Position numbers and translations under genes: made by a program
Origin: an uncultured Armatimonadia bacterium
Lineage (GTDB): Bacteria > Armatimonadota > Zipacnadia > CAVVLO01
DNA length: 64,000 nt
Direction of reading: 5' to 3'
NCBI GenBank assembly: GCA_963749155.1
Contig: CAVVLO010000002.1
Coordinates: 224,001-288,000 of the forward strand
Notes under the pieces: generated by a model
The model's database searches: none
What the model saw: the letters and a program-made list of their open reading frames with translations, nothing else
What the model was told of the DNA's origin: nothing
In this document: one piece after another, positions 1-9,539 of the stretch
How the letters are laid out: each line of letters begins with the position of its first letter
Numbering within the stretch: position 1 is the stretch's first letter

Positions 1-1
1 C

Positions 2-1291
2 GGCCGTTGGAGCGACAACATCACAATAGCTACGTTTCACCTGGAGAAGCTCGAGAGCGCTTTCTGCCTGGGCAACCTTTGCACTGGCAAGTTCAATGGC
101 TTCTTTGGTGGCTCCAGCAATCAGCAAATCAAGCTGAGCTTTGGCGAACTTCTCCTGTTCTCTGGCAGCCTGAAGTCCAGCCTCCGCCGCATCTTTACTT
201 GAACGCGCCTCCAGCCTGTCGTTATAAGCCTCGGTAGCCCTTGCCAGGGTACTCCTGGACGCTTGTTGCTCTGCTTCGGCAACCGCTACTAACGCCTCGG
301 CCCTGCGTATACGCTCCTCTCTTGTGCCAGCGAGCAGCACGTTTAATTGAGCCTGAGCGGTGTCGCGCGCGGCTTTGGCCTGGGCCACCGTGTCTTCGGC
401 GGCATCCAGTCCTTGCCTGGCCTTGGCACGATTAAGTGCAACTTGTTCTGCCGCATCGGTGCTCATCTGCTGAGCGCCCTCAGCTCTTATGGCTGCGCTT
501 TCTGAGGCGGTCCTGGCCTGGTCAAGTGCCTGGGGAGTCGCAGCGTCGGAGTCTGCCATCTGGGTGATCCTGGCCAGTTCTCGCTCGGTCAGTCCCGCCT
601 GGGCACTGGCGAGCTGTTGTTCGGTCGCGGCGGCGATAGCCTGAGTCTCGAGCTTCACAGCAGAATCATATATCCTGCGCGCATTACCAGCATTGGTGAT
701 GGCGCTCGCAACTGCAATCTCGGCTTGGCGCACAGCCGCTTTGGCCGTCTCGGTTTCTTCCGCCGTCGGACCCCGCTCTGCCTCATCCAGCGCAGCGTAT
801 GCGGAGCGCCCATTGGCCTCGGCGGCAGCGAGTTTTGCCTTCGAGGCATCGACCTGAGCCCTCAAATCCGTTACTTTGCTCCAGGCCTCTTTTGCGGTCG
901 CAGCCTGCAACTCAGCGCCTTTTCGACTTGCAATCGCCTGTGCATACTGGGCTCTTCCTGCCCGCAGTTGCTCTTCTCTGGAGCCTCGCTCCAACTCGGC
1001 CAGTCCTGCTCTTGCGGCAGCTGCAGCAGCTTCAGCCTGGGCAACTTCGGCATCTACATCCTGGTGTTCAAGCCTCGCGATAACCTGGCCAGCCTTCACT
1101 TCGTCGCCCTCTGTGACCAGCAACTCGGCGAGTCTGCCTGGCAGTTTGGAACTAACCTCATATTCATCCGCTTCGATTAGTCCACTACCGAGGAGGGTCT
1201 CATCTGTCCTGGGACGCGACACCAGTTGCAGCGCAAGCACAACAAGCGTAATAAGGGCCAGGGGTATAAGCAACCTGACTAGCTTCTTCAT
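2..1291 (-). CDS. HlyD-family efflux periplasmic adaptor (3' end runs off the window)
   Basis: Not in the ORF track because there is no stop in the window. Hand translation from ATG 1291: MKKLVRLLIPLALITLVVLALQLVSRP...SGLIEADEYEVSSKLPGRLAELLVTEGDEVKAGQVIARL (lipoyl half motif), then a long Ala/Glu/Gln coiled coil, then ...YCDVVAPTA. ATGA overlap with the TolC stop. Confidence 0.85.
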   Translation of the reverse strand, partial: MKKLVRLLIPLALITLVVLALQLVSRPRTDETLLGSGLIEADEYEVSSKLPGRLAELLVTEGDEVKAGQVIARLEHQDVDAEVAQAEAAAAAARAGLAELERGSREEQLRAGRAQYAQAIASRKGAELQAATAKEAWSKVTDLRAQVDASKAKLAAAEANGRSAYAALDEAERGPTAEETETAKAAVRQAEIAVASAITNAGNARRIYDSAVKLETQAIAAATEQQLASAQAGLTERELARITQMADSDAATPQALDQARTASESAAIRAEGAQQMSTDAAEQVALNRAKARQGLDAAEDTVAQAKAARDTAQAQLNVLLAGTREERIRRAEALVAVAEAEQQASRSTLARATEAYNDRLEARSSKDAAEAGLQAAREQEKFAKAQLDLLIAGATKEAIELASAKVAQAESALELLQVKRSYCDVVAPTA

Positions 1292-2631
1292 TGGATTTCC
1301 ACCTCAGGCTGGCGAGTGTCCAGCAGTTCGCGCAACAGTCCCAGGGCGCGCGCATAGTTCAGACTAGCAGCATCAAGTGCAAACCCAGCGCGCGCAAGCC
1401 CAGCTTCGGCCTGAATCCTGGCGGTTGTTGCTTCAAGCAGCTCTCTCTTGAGCAAGGCGCCTGCTTTATATGCAGCCTCTGCCTTGTTGGCTGCGAGCCT
1501 CCTAGCCTCCAGACTTTGCTGAGCCGTACCATAACGTGTCTTGCCCTCTGTCACCTTGAAAGAGGCCTCCGCGACCTGCAACCGGATTGCCTGTTGCAGT
1601 TGCTCTCGCAAGGCAGCCACCTCTCGCGTGCCAGCTTCTGCGCTTTCAACCTGGCCGCTTTGGGTGGGATCAGAAAAGGGCCAGGAAAACTCCAGCCCAA
1701 CAAGCTCATGATGGCTGGGCAAAGTATCCGTTGGCGTCTGTACAGTATATTGGCCAAGTAGTCCAAGCTGCGGATCGGCTTCTGCTTTGGCGCGCTCAAC
1801 CGCATACCGGGCCGAATCTGCTCGATGAGACAAGGCCAGCAGTTCCGGACGGCGTTCTAGCGCGAGTTCATAGGCAGCCTCTTGCTCAGGCAAATCGCCT
1901 AAATCCAGAACTGCAGGCAGAGGTTCAATTGGTAAAACGAAGGGCCTGCCAAGGGCGGTGTTAAAAGCTTTGGTTGAATAATCGAGGGCATTTTCTGCTG
2001 TGCCCAAGGCTTCCTTTGCCTGAGCCAAGGCGGCTTTTACCAGAGCCACTTCCGAGGTATTTACATAGCCACTTTTCAGAGCTGCTTCGGCATAACGGAG
2101 TTTCTCTTGCGCTTCGTTTACCTTCGCTTCAGCAGCCAGCTGTTGTTGTCCGGCGTCCAGCACCGAGTAGAAAGCTAGTCCCACCTCGAATATCAGTTGC
2201 TCTACAGTCTGTTGCAGGTTGGCTTCCTTGGCGGCCAAATCTGCCCGAGCCAGACCCTTCGCAGCCTCGATACGACCGCCTCCCCAAAGGGGCCAGACAA
2301 TCTGGAAGGTCGCACTGGCCGGGTCTTCACGAGTTATCTGGGTAGCTGTCGGTGAGCCGGCAGGACGCATTTCCTGGATTGGATTCTGCAACCGCGCGCT
2401 GGCCGAAAGAGTCATATAGGGTGCTTCGATAGCTTTCGCAACTCCAAGTGAGGCCTGAGCGCCTTCCACCTGAGCCAGAGCGGCTTGCATCCGCGGGTTG
2501 TGGGTCAAAGCATAAGCGATCGCTTGCTCCAAGCCCATCTGAACCGGCACCTCAGCTTCTTCAGCCCAACTGAAGAAGGCAACTGGTATTAGCACAAGGC
2601 AACAAATCAAAGCTGTCAGACCTGGTTTCAT
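1288..2631 (-). CDS. TolC-family outer membrane efflux protein
   Basis: Signal peptide MKPGLTALICCLVLIPVAFFSWA; OEP motifs LEQAIAYALTHNP, WPLWGGG, ALERRPEL. Start placed at ATG 2631 (ATGA overlap with the TetR stop) rather than at track start 2730. Confidence 0.85.
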   Translation of the reverse strand: MKPGLTALICCLVLIPVAFFSWAEEAEVPVQMGLEQAIAYALTHNPRMQAALAQVEGAQASLGVAKAIEAPYMTLSASARLQNPIQEMRPAGSPTATQITREDPASATFQIVWPLWGGGRIEAAKGLARADLAAKEANLQQTVEQLIFEVGLAFYSVLDAGQQQLAAEAKVNEAQEKLRYAEAALKSGYVNTSEVALVKAALAQAKEALGTAENALDYSTKAFNTALGRPFVLPIEPLPAVLDLGDLPEQEAAYELALERRPELLALSHRADSARYAVERAKAEADPQLGLLGQYTVQTPTDTLPSHHELVGLEFSWPFSDPTQSGQVESAEAGTREVAALREQLQQAIRLQVAEASFKVTEGKTRYGTAQQSLEARRLAANKAEAAYKAGALLKRELLEATTARIQAEAGLARAGFALDAASLNYARALGLLRELLDTRQPEVEIQ

Positions 2632-3227
2632 AAAAGCTCTTTCTCCTCCCCTGCTACCAGGTCCACCAGGCTGGAAACCAGGCGTTCTGTAGCTAGCTCT
2701 GGCAGTGGTGGGGTCATCCGCAGTGTCCACATCATATGGGTTAGTATGGCGCCCAGTAGAGACCTGGCTGTGACAAGTGGATCCAGGGCTCTTAATTCGC
2801 CCTTCTCCTGCTTGGCCCTCAGATAGGTGGCAAGCAAAATTGCTCCTTCTCCCATAACTCCAGCCATCTTTTTTGCGACTTCAGAGCTTGTTGCGATTTG
2901 CGCCCATACCAGGACAAAGAGTTGCGACTTCTCGGTCAGGCGATTGATCAGGTTGGTGAGTATAAGGGGCAGTCCGTCGCGTAGCGGAATAGTGGCCAGG
3001 TGATCTTGTTGTTCCTCAATCCAGGAGAGCAGAGATTCTCGGCGCATAAGTTCGCCAAGCAACGCTTCCTTATTGGTGAAATAATGGTAGATAAGTCCTT
3101 CTGCAACTTTGGCTTTGTGAGCGATCTGTCGAATAGTGCCACCCTCGAAACCGCGCTCGGAGAAGACAGCAAGCGCTGCATCCAGGATACGCTCTCGAGC
3201 TGGTTGTTGCGGATTAGGTGATTGCAT
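2628..3227 (-). CDS. TetR/AcrR-family transcriptional regulator
   Basis: RERILDAALAVFSERGFEGGTIRQIAHKAKVAEGLIYHYFTNKEALL is a classic TetR HTH. First gene of the efflux operon. Confidence 0.92.
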   Translation of the reverse strand: MQSPNPQQPARERILDAALAVFSERGFEGGTIRQIAHKAKVAEGLIYHYFTNKEALLGELMRRESLLSWIEEQQDHLATIPLRDGLPLILTNLINRLTEKSQLFVLVWAQIATSSEVAKKMAGVMGEGAILLATYLRAKQEKGELRALDPLVTARSLLGAILTHMMWTLRMTPPLPELATERLVSSLVDLVAGEEKELL

Positions 3228-3248
3228 GGCTATCTTGTTACCTGTTGA

Positions 3249-3264
3249 TTGAGCGTTCACTCAA
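3249..3264. promoter_or_regulatory. Putative TetR operator TTGAGcGttCaCTCAA
   Basis: Imperfect 16-bp palindrome between a minus-strand TTGACA (3294-3299) and the tetR start. Confidence 0.55.
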
Positions 3265-3315
3265 GCTCATTGTGGGAGTTCGCACCTTCCGCCTGTCAAG
3301 ACAGACTGGACTTTT

Positions 3316-4008
3316 TCAGACTACTTTATCGCCCTGGGAAGAGGCCAGGGCATAGGCTTTATTCTGTACCTGTATTCCGGCAGTAAACGGAGTGATCGTC
3401 ACCTGGCCTGGTTCCAGGCTATGTCGAATGAAGAAATCAAAATCTACTCGCCCATACCGCGCTGTCTTCCAGGAGCGCAGTTTGGTGTAATCATAGATCT
3501 TCCCGTCTGTGCCAAGTGCGCCGATATGACTGATATTGGAACTGGCCGAGGGGGCATACCAGGGAGAATGGCGGACATTGATGACATCGCCAGGTAGAAT
3601 TGCCACTCCTGGTTGCCATTCCAGAGTGTAAAACAGCCCTCTTCCGCGCATCGCCAGATGCTGATTTGAGTCTCTGCGGAATCGCGCCTTCGCCCCTAGC
3701 GCATCGTCAACCAGACACTCTACAAAGTCCGAGCAGTCATTCTTGTGCAGCACAAATTTGCCCTGAGGACGCTCTTTGTAATAGCGTTCTGCTGCTTTTC
3801 CTATAAGCCAGTTTACAGGCTGTTCTCCGGGATGCTCCGTTACAAAGGTCGCGCGACACTGAGATTCCCATTCCTCCATCGAGAGCACCCGGGGGTGTCC
3901 TTCCGAAACAGAGAAATGCGGCAGAGTAATATGTCCATAGGCTGCCAGCACCCACACCGCGAACATCAGGCCAAATATGCAGAAAAGCCCCTCGAACAGT
4001 TTTCGCAT
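3316..4008 (-). CDS. Membrane-anchored NlpC/P60 (papain-like) peptidase-like protein
   Basis: N-terminal TM/signal segment; NDCSDFV (catalytic Cys), PGDVI, SHIG (catalytic His). Possible frameshift near 3390 affecting the last ~25 codons. Confidence 0.5.
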   Translation of the reverse strand: MRKLFEGLFCIFGLMFAVWVLAAYGHITLPHFSVSEGHPRVLSMEEWESQCRATFVTEHPGEQPVNWLIGKAAERYYKERPQGKFVLHKNDCSDFVECLVDDALGAKARFRRDSNQHLAMRGRGLFYTLEWQPGVAILPGDVINVRHSPWYAPSASSNISHIGALGTDGKIYDYTKLRSWKTARYGRVDFDFFIRHSLEPGQVTITPFTAGIQVQNKAYALASSQGDKVV

Positions 4009-6951
4009 TCAGTCCCCTGCCTCTACCGGTACCCCATATATGCGTAGCTCCGGGATGCGCGCATATGTATCTTCAAACTGGCTGCCATGCGTTACTTCCA
4101 GCCTTATGTGTTGGTAAACTCCCTCAACCGGTAGTAAGGTCCGCGGCTCAGAGTTGCCCAGGTATTCGCCAAGTAGCGTCCAGTCGCCTTCTTCGGAAGC
4201 CCGGGCAAGCAACTTGAAATCACGAGTGGTATATTGCGCCTCGTGGACAAAGCCTTCGTGAATCAACTCAAGCCCCGTCAGCTCACACGGGGTACCAAGG
4301 TCGAGTTCCAACCAGTGGCTGGCGCCTGCGCCACTCGTCCATTTCGACTCTGGCAGCCCATCTACAGCGCGCTCAGGCCCTTCTCCCTCAGAATGAGAAC
4401 TGCTGGCAGTTGTCCGTGCGCCCTGGGAGAGCAACCTGCCTGTGAAGGGAGGCTCGACTACCTGGCAATTCGCCAGGCAAATTGGCTCAATTCGCCCTGC
4501 TCCCGCAGCAAGCTGCACTGTATGCTGGCCAGTTGCCCCATAAAGCCCCACCAGGCGGGCATTTGGATTCTCTACCCAGCTTCTGGCGAGTGCCAAATTG
4601 GCTTGCCGCACTTCGACAGTGCCTTGTCCGCGTAGATCCAGAGCATGACCATAACCCCAGAAGGAGCTGTTCACAAGCTCCAGTCGCCCAGTGAAGTCTT
4701 CAGTCGTCACTAGTCCCGTTGGGCGGCTCCCCATGAAAGGCGCGCAGTTGGTATTCACAAGCTGAACCTCTGCATCGCCGCTGACTTGTACACCAATCTC
4801 TGCCGCATCAGAACCATGCAGGTGCACTGTGCCCCTGAAGCCATCTCCGAGGGCCAGACCTAGCCTGTCGGCATAGACAAAAGTCTGAAAGACGAACTCA
4901 TCGGCGCAGCGACCGAAGTTAAAGGCCTCTAGTTGAGCTGCCATGAAGTCTATACCTGCCTGGGTTGCAGGCAGTGTGCCCGGGAAGTGAGAGTCATTGC
5001 GATCCCAGTAGTGGATGACAAACTGCACGTTCGCCACATAGCCAGGTGTACTCGCGTTATCAACAAACAAGCCCCGTCTCAGAGGTGCCCCGGTTAGCCC
5101 CTGGATGACGTGTCCGCCCGTCTCGGAGGCTGAGGCGAAATCGACTGCTTGCCAGGGATTAGCCAGAGCGACATCTCGCACCCAGCAATCTGGGCCAAGC
5201 GCTCTGATGGTCCACGGGTAAGGTTGCAAGGCAGCGAGGTCCTGCTTTGGATACCAGAGGACCAGGCCCCGCGCGCCAGCACCGGCTTGCAGGCTGATGA
5301 AGGGCGCGCCGTCCTCCTGCCCCTCTCCGCAGTCGACGAATAAGCAACTGCCAGGCACCATTGTATGGGTTGGGCCTTCGAAGATGCCGCGTAGCTCAAC
5401 CCCCGAAGGCACCAACAAAGGGGAGGAGATACGATAATGCCCAGCCGGCACATAGACAGTTCCTCCCCCTGCCTCCTGGGCCGCCTCCAGAGCTGCCTGG
5501 AAAGCTGGCGCATCATCGGTCACCTCGTCACCCTGTGCGCCATACTCGCGCACATCAAAAAGCTTCTGCGTCGCCGGCCCTTTGGGTTGGACGTAAGGAT
5601 AAGGATGGTATGGAAGCTCCAGCTTCGGAGGCGCCTCCAGGTAACTTACCTGGTCAGCTTTGCTGGCTTTTACTGCTTCCATGGGCAGATTACAGCCTGC
5701 CAGCACAGCGCCTCTTGCCGCGGAACCGAGGGAGATACTCGCATCTTCCTCGAAGCTGCAATTTACGAAACCCAGCAACCCACCTTCTGAACTAGCTGGA
5801 CCGGTGATCTGGCAGCTCTCAAAAGTAAAGGCTCCCGAGCTCCCAGGTTCGAGCTTCACTGGACCAACTGTGCAGGAATGAAACTGCACTGCGTATTTTA
5901 GCCCCGACCCGCCAACGACAGCCCCGTTATCCTCGCCCGGGGCAGTCTCAATTGTACACTTGGAGATCAGCCAGGCAGGATGCTGAGCGGCGTCTACCAA
6001 CAGACCAATCCGACCTTCAGTTATCTGGCACCCGTACATCTCTCCATTTGCTGGCCCCTGCCAGACGGGCGGACCATCAGGCTTGGAGGTCAGGTGTATC
6101 CCCAGTCCATAACCTTGCAATTCCACCTCATACAGGGGCGCCCAGTCGAAACGCCTCAGTGTAATCCCAGTCGCCTGGTTATACAGCAGTTCACTCAAAG
6201 CCTGCTTTGCCTCATCGCTTTCGGGTGCGCTCGGCAAGCCTGACTTTTCCCAATACCGTGGCGCAAAATGGACTCGATCGATACGCGTAATATCAAGCAC
6301 CAGCTCAATCCAGATACCGTGATTCAGCGGGGTGCCGTACAGGTTGCTGTAATATGCGACGTTATATCCCCGGCTGGTCTCGGCGCCATTTGAGAGCGCC
6401 CGCCAGGAGTTGACGAAGGTCACGTTGCGCACTGTGTAGCCACAACTCGACTCGTCAGTAACAGTTATTGTCCACGGATAAGGGCTTGGCGCTTCGACAC
6501 TTTGCTCTGGGTACCAGAAAGAGAGATTTCTCACACAGGAGACTTTCTCCATCGTGAGGAAAGGCGTCCCATCGACCTGGCCTTTGCCAGCATAAATGGC
6601 CAAAATAGTACCGACTACCTTGCCCTCTACCTTGTCAGGTTGGACCCACTCACCGCGCAAGCTGACGCCCTTCTTTAGACGCAGTTCTCCATCAAACCGG
6701 TAGGTGCCCGCCGGCGCGAACACGACCGCGCCGCCCAGTGCCGCGGCATCGTCAATCGCTTGCTGGAAGGCCGCTGTGCAGTCAGTGTTGCCATCGCTTG
6801 CCGCGTTGTAGGGAGCCTCTGTGACCACAAACTGCGCGACCGGCAGGTCCTCAGCAGGCAGAGTAGTACTCATTACACGTGGAGCCTGAGCCCAAATCGC
6901 ACAGGAAACAAGCAGCAACAGACAACAGCAGAGCAAGCCAGTCTGAGTCAT
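4009..6951 (-). CDS. Secreted GH55/pectate-lyase-3-like protein with two beta-helix domains and a C-terminal F5/8 type C (discoidin) domain
   Basis: Two repeats (DGNTDCTAAFQQAI..GGAVVFAPAGTY and GDEVTDDAPAFQAAL..GGGTVYVPAGHY); C-terminal AVDGLPESKW..WLELDLG..IPELRIYG. Start at MTQTGLL with RBS GAAGGAG. Confidence 0.75.
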   Translation of the reverse strand: MTQTGLLCCCLLLLVSCAIWAQAPRVMSTTLPAEDLPVAQFVVTEAPYNAASDGNTDCTAAFQQAIDDAAALGGAVVFAPAGTYRFDGELRLKKGVSLRGEWVQPDKVEGKVVGTILAIYAGKGQVDGTPFLTMEKVSCVRNLSFWYPEQSVEAPSPYPWTITVTDESSCGYTVRNVTFVNSWRALSNGAETSRGYNVAYYSNLYGTPLNHGIWIELVLDITRIDRVHFAPRYWEKSGLPSAPESDEAKQALSELLYNQATGITLRRFDWAPLYEVELQGYGLGIHLTSKPDGPPVWQGPANGEMYGCQITEGRIGLLVDAAQHPAWLISKCTIETAPGEDNGAVVGGSGLKYAVQFHSCTVGPVKLEPGSSGAFTFESCQITGPASSEGGLLGFVNCSFEEDASISLGSAARGAVLAGCNLPMEAVKASKADQVSYLEAPPKLELPYHPYPYVQPKGPATQKLFDVREYGAQGDEVTDDAPAFQAALEAAQEAGGGTVYVPAGHYRISSPLLVPSGVELRGIFEGPTHTMVPGSCLFVDCGEGQEDGAPFISLQAGAGARGLVLWYPKQDLAALQPYPWTIRALGPDCWVRDVALANPWQAVDFASASETGGHVIQGLTGAPLRRGLFVDNASTPGYVANVQFVIHYWDRNDSHFPGTLPATQAGIDFMAAQLEAFNFGRCADEFVFQTFVYADRLGLALGDGFRGTVHLHGSDAAEIGVQVSGDAEVQLVNTNCAPFMGSRPTGLVTTEDFTGRLELVNSSFWGYGHALDLRGQGTVEVRQANLALARSWVENPNARLVGLYGATGQHTVQLAAGAGRIEPICLANCQVVEPPFTGRLLSQGARTTASSSHSEGEGPERAVDGLPESKWTSGAGASHWLELDLGTPCELTGLELIHEGFVHEAQYTTRDFKLLARASEEGDWTLLGEYLGNSEPRTLLPVEGVYQHIRLEVTHGSQFEDTYARIPELRIYGVPVEAGD

Positions 6952-7080
6952 ATAATAACTCCTTCGATGCCTTTGGTTGGCAGACAGCACCAGCCTGCCC
7001 TAGTTTCGCACTTTGGAGCCTGGTTCCTGTAAAATGCCAGCAGCAGGGCAAGTTGCATCTCTCGTCTGGAGGAGCCTTAT

Positions 7081-9468
7081 ATGAGCCGTGTCTTCCTTGA
7101 CCACGAACCTTTTGGTGATCCCTCGCAAGTCTTTTTCGGAGAGCGCTCTTACTGGCCCGCAAGCTGGGTAGACTTGCCCGGCAGGCGTCCAGAGGAGCCT
7201 TCAGCCTGCCTTTTCCGGCTGGCCTTCGAGGCGCCTGAAGACGCTGTAGTACGCTTGCATGTTTCGGCTGACAACCGGTATCGGCTCTTCCTCGATGGCA
7301 AGCAACTTGGGCGTGGTCCCGAGCGCGGCGACCCGATGCACTGGCGCTATGAGAGCTATGAGGTGGCGCTGGTTGCAGGTCAGCACACACTGGTTGCGCT
7401 CACCTGGTGGCTTGCTGAACATACCCCTTATGCCCAGATGGCCGTGAGGCCTGGTTTCATCCTGGCCTCCGAGGGCAGCTGGAACGACCGCCTGGCCACT
7501 GGCAGCGCCGCCTGGCAGGCCAAGCTGGTCGAAGGGCTCATTTTCACTGGACCGAGCCTGGCCTGGGGCACTGGCTCTCGCTTTGAGGTGGACGGGTCTC
7601 TTTTCCCCTGGGGCTTCGAGTACGGCGAAGGTGAAGGCTGGCAGTCAGTAGTCAAAATCGCTCGAGGCCGCATGGCAGCCACCGCCAACGAGACGCCCCC
7701 CGATTGGCGACTGACTCCTGCAACTCTCCCTCCCATGAAAGAGGACGGGCTTCGCGCCGGACGCTTGCGCTACCTCGTAGAGGGAGAGTTTGCCTATCCT
7801 GTCGACTCGAGCCGTCACTTGGCCAGTGAAGCCGCCGAAGCCCAGGCGCTGCTCCGGGAGGGACGCCCCCTCGAGGTCCCGCCCCATACTGTCGCTACCG
7901 CAGTCATCGATCTGGAAGACTACTTCTGCGCCTACCCCAGACTCACCATCAGCGGCGGGAAAGACGCCAGCCTCGCTATCAACTGGGCCGAGGCGCTCTT
8001 CCAGTACGAACCTGAACCGGTACTCGGCCGCGCGCACAAAGGCAACCGGAGCGAGATCGAAGGCAAGTTCTTCAACGGTGTGGGCAGCCTCTACAAGCCT
8101 GATGGCGGCTCCCATCGCGTGTTCGAGCCTCTCTGGTGGGAGGCCGGGCGCTATGTAGAAGTAGTCGTAAAGACAGCTGACCAGCCTCTTGTGATTGAAG
8201 ACTTCTCTCTGGTCGCTACTGGCTACCCCCTGGCTTTCGAGGGGGCCTTCTCGGCAAGCGACAAGCGGCTTGAGGAGATCCTTCCCCTGGCGATCCGCGT
8301 GCTACAGAGCTGCTCTCACGAGACCTACCTGGACTGCCCCTATTATGAACAATTGATGTATGTCGGGGACACGCGCCTCCAAGTACTGGCGACCTATGCC
8401 TTCACCCGGGACGATCGTCTGCCCCGCAAAGCTGTCAAGACCTTCGACGAATCGCGTCAGTTGTCAGGCTTCACCCAATCGCGCTTCCCCTCCAAGATGA
8501 TGCAGATCATCCCAGGCTTCAGCCTGTGGTGGACCCAGATGGTCTGGGACTACTGGCAGTGGCGAGATGACGCCGATTTCGTGCGCGACCGGTTGCCAGG
8601 TACCCGCGCCGTGCTGGAAGGCTTCCGCGCGCTGCTGCGAGAGGATGGCCTGATGGGGCCGCCGCCCAGTTGGTGCTTCGTGGACTGGGTCCTCGGCTGG
8701 CGCCCCTGGGGCACCCCCCAGACCGCCGAAAAGGAGCCATCGGCTCTCTTCAACCTGCATTTTGCCCTTTCACTGGTGAAGCAAGCCGAAATCGAAGACT
8801 GGGCTGGGGAGCCTGAGCTGGCCCTGCGCAACAGGAGTCTTGCTCGACAGCTTACCGAGTTGGTAGTGGAGCGATTCTGGAACGAGCGACGCGGGCTAAT
8901 CGCCGACGACCTGGCGCAAACCAGCTTCAGTGAGCACGCCCAGTGCCTGGCACTGCTTGGCGACCTGCTGCCCGAGCCCTACCGCGCCCGCGTGGCGGAA
9001 GGATTGCTCACCGATCCCGATCTCCACAGGACTACCATCTACTTCACACATTACCTGTTCGAAACCTACGGCTTGCTTGGCCGCACCGACAAGCTCCTCG
9101 AGCGGATGCAGCTCTGGTTCGACCTGCCGGCCCTCGGTTTCAAGACAACTCTTGAGGAACCCGAGCCAAGTCGCTCTGACTGCCATGCCTGGGGCGCGCA
9201 TCCCGTCTACCATTACTACGCGACCCTCCTTGGCATCAGGCCAGCTTCGCCCGGTTTCCGCACCGTGCGCATCGCGCCCAAACCAGGCCCGCTGACCACA
9301 CTCGCGGGGAAGCTGCCCCATCCTCGAGGTTTTATCGAGGTGACGTGGGAGAGCCAGGACGAAGGCTGGACTGCTGAAGTTACGTTGCCCGATGGGGTTA
9401 CCGGTACCTTCGTTTGGGAAGGTCAGGAGTATCCACTTGAATCCGGCACCCAGCAAGTCTCGCTCTAA
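7081..9468 (+). CDS. Alpha-L-rhamnosidase (GH78)
   Basis: SADNRYRLFLDG, ETYLDCPYYEQLMYVGD, RSDCHAWGAHP, GIRPASPGF motifs; RBS GGAGGAG. Confidence 0.9.
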   Translation: MSRVFLDHEPFGDPSQVFFGERSYWPASWVDLPGRRPEEPSACLFRLAFEAPEDAVVRLHVSADNRYRLFLDGKQLGRGPERGDPMHWRYESYEVALVAGQHTLVALTWWLAEHTPYAQMAVRPGFILASEGSWNDRLATGSAAWQAKLVEGLIFTGPSLAWGTGSRFEVDGSLFPWGFEYGEGEGWQSVVKIARGRMAATANETPPDWRLTPATLPPMKEDGLRAGRLRYLVEGEFAYPVDSSRHLASEAAEAQALLREGRPLEVPPHTVATAVIDLEDYFCAYPRLTISGGKDASLAINWAEALFQYEPEPVLGRAHKGNRSEIEGKFFNGVGSLYKPDGGSHRVFEPLWWEAGRYVEVVVKTADQPLVIEDFSLVATGYPLAFEGAFSASDKRLEEILPLAIRVLQSCSHETYLDCPYYEQLMYVGDTRLQVLATYAFTRDDRLPRKAVKTFDESRQLSGFTQSRFPSKMMQIIPGFSLWWTQMVWDYWQWRDDADFVRDRLPGTRAVLEGFRALLREDGLMGPPPSWCFVDWVLGWRPWGTPQTAEKEPSALFNLHFALSLVKQAEIEDWAGEPELALRNRSLARQLTELVVERFWNERRGLIADDLAQTSFSEHAQCLALLGDLLPEPYRARVAEGLLTDPDLHRTTIYFTHYLFETYGLLGRTDKLLERMQLWFDLPALGFKTTLEEPEPSRSDCHAWGAHPVYHYYATLLGIRPASPGFRTVRIAPKPGPLTTLAGKLPHPRGFIEVTWESQDEGWTAEVTLPDGVTGTFVWEGQEYPLESGTQQVSL

Positions 9469-9490
9469 CTAGTGGCCCGTCCAATAAAAG

Positions 9491-9520
9491 AGGCGCCCTC
9501 GGAATCCGGGGGCGCCTTTT
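9491..9520. terminator. Bidirectional rho-independent terminator
   Basis: AGGCGCCCTCGG-AAT-CCGGGGGCGCCT hairpin flanked by AAAA and TTTT, between convergent genes. Confidence 0.8.
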
Positions 9521-9539
9521 GCTTGCGTTCTTTCGATGG

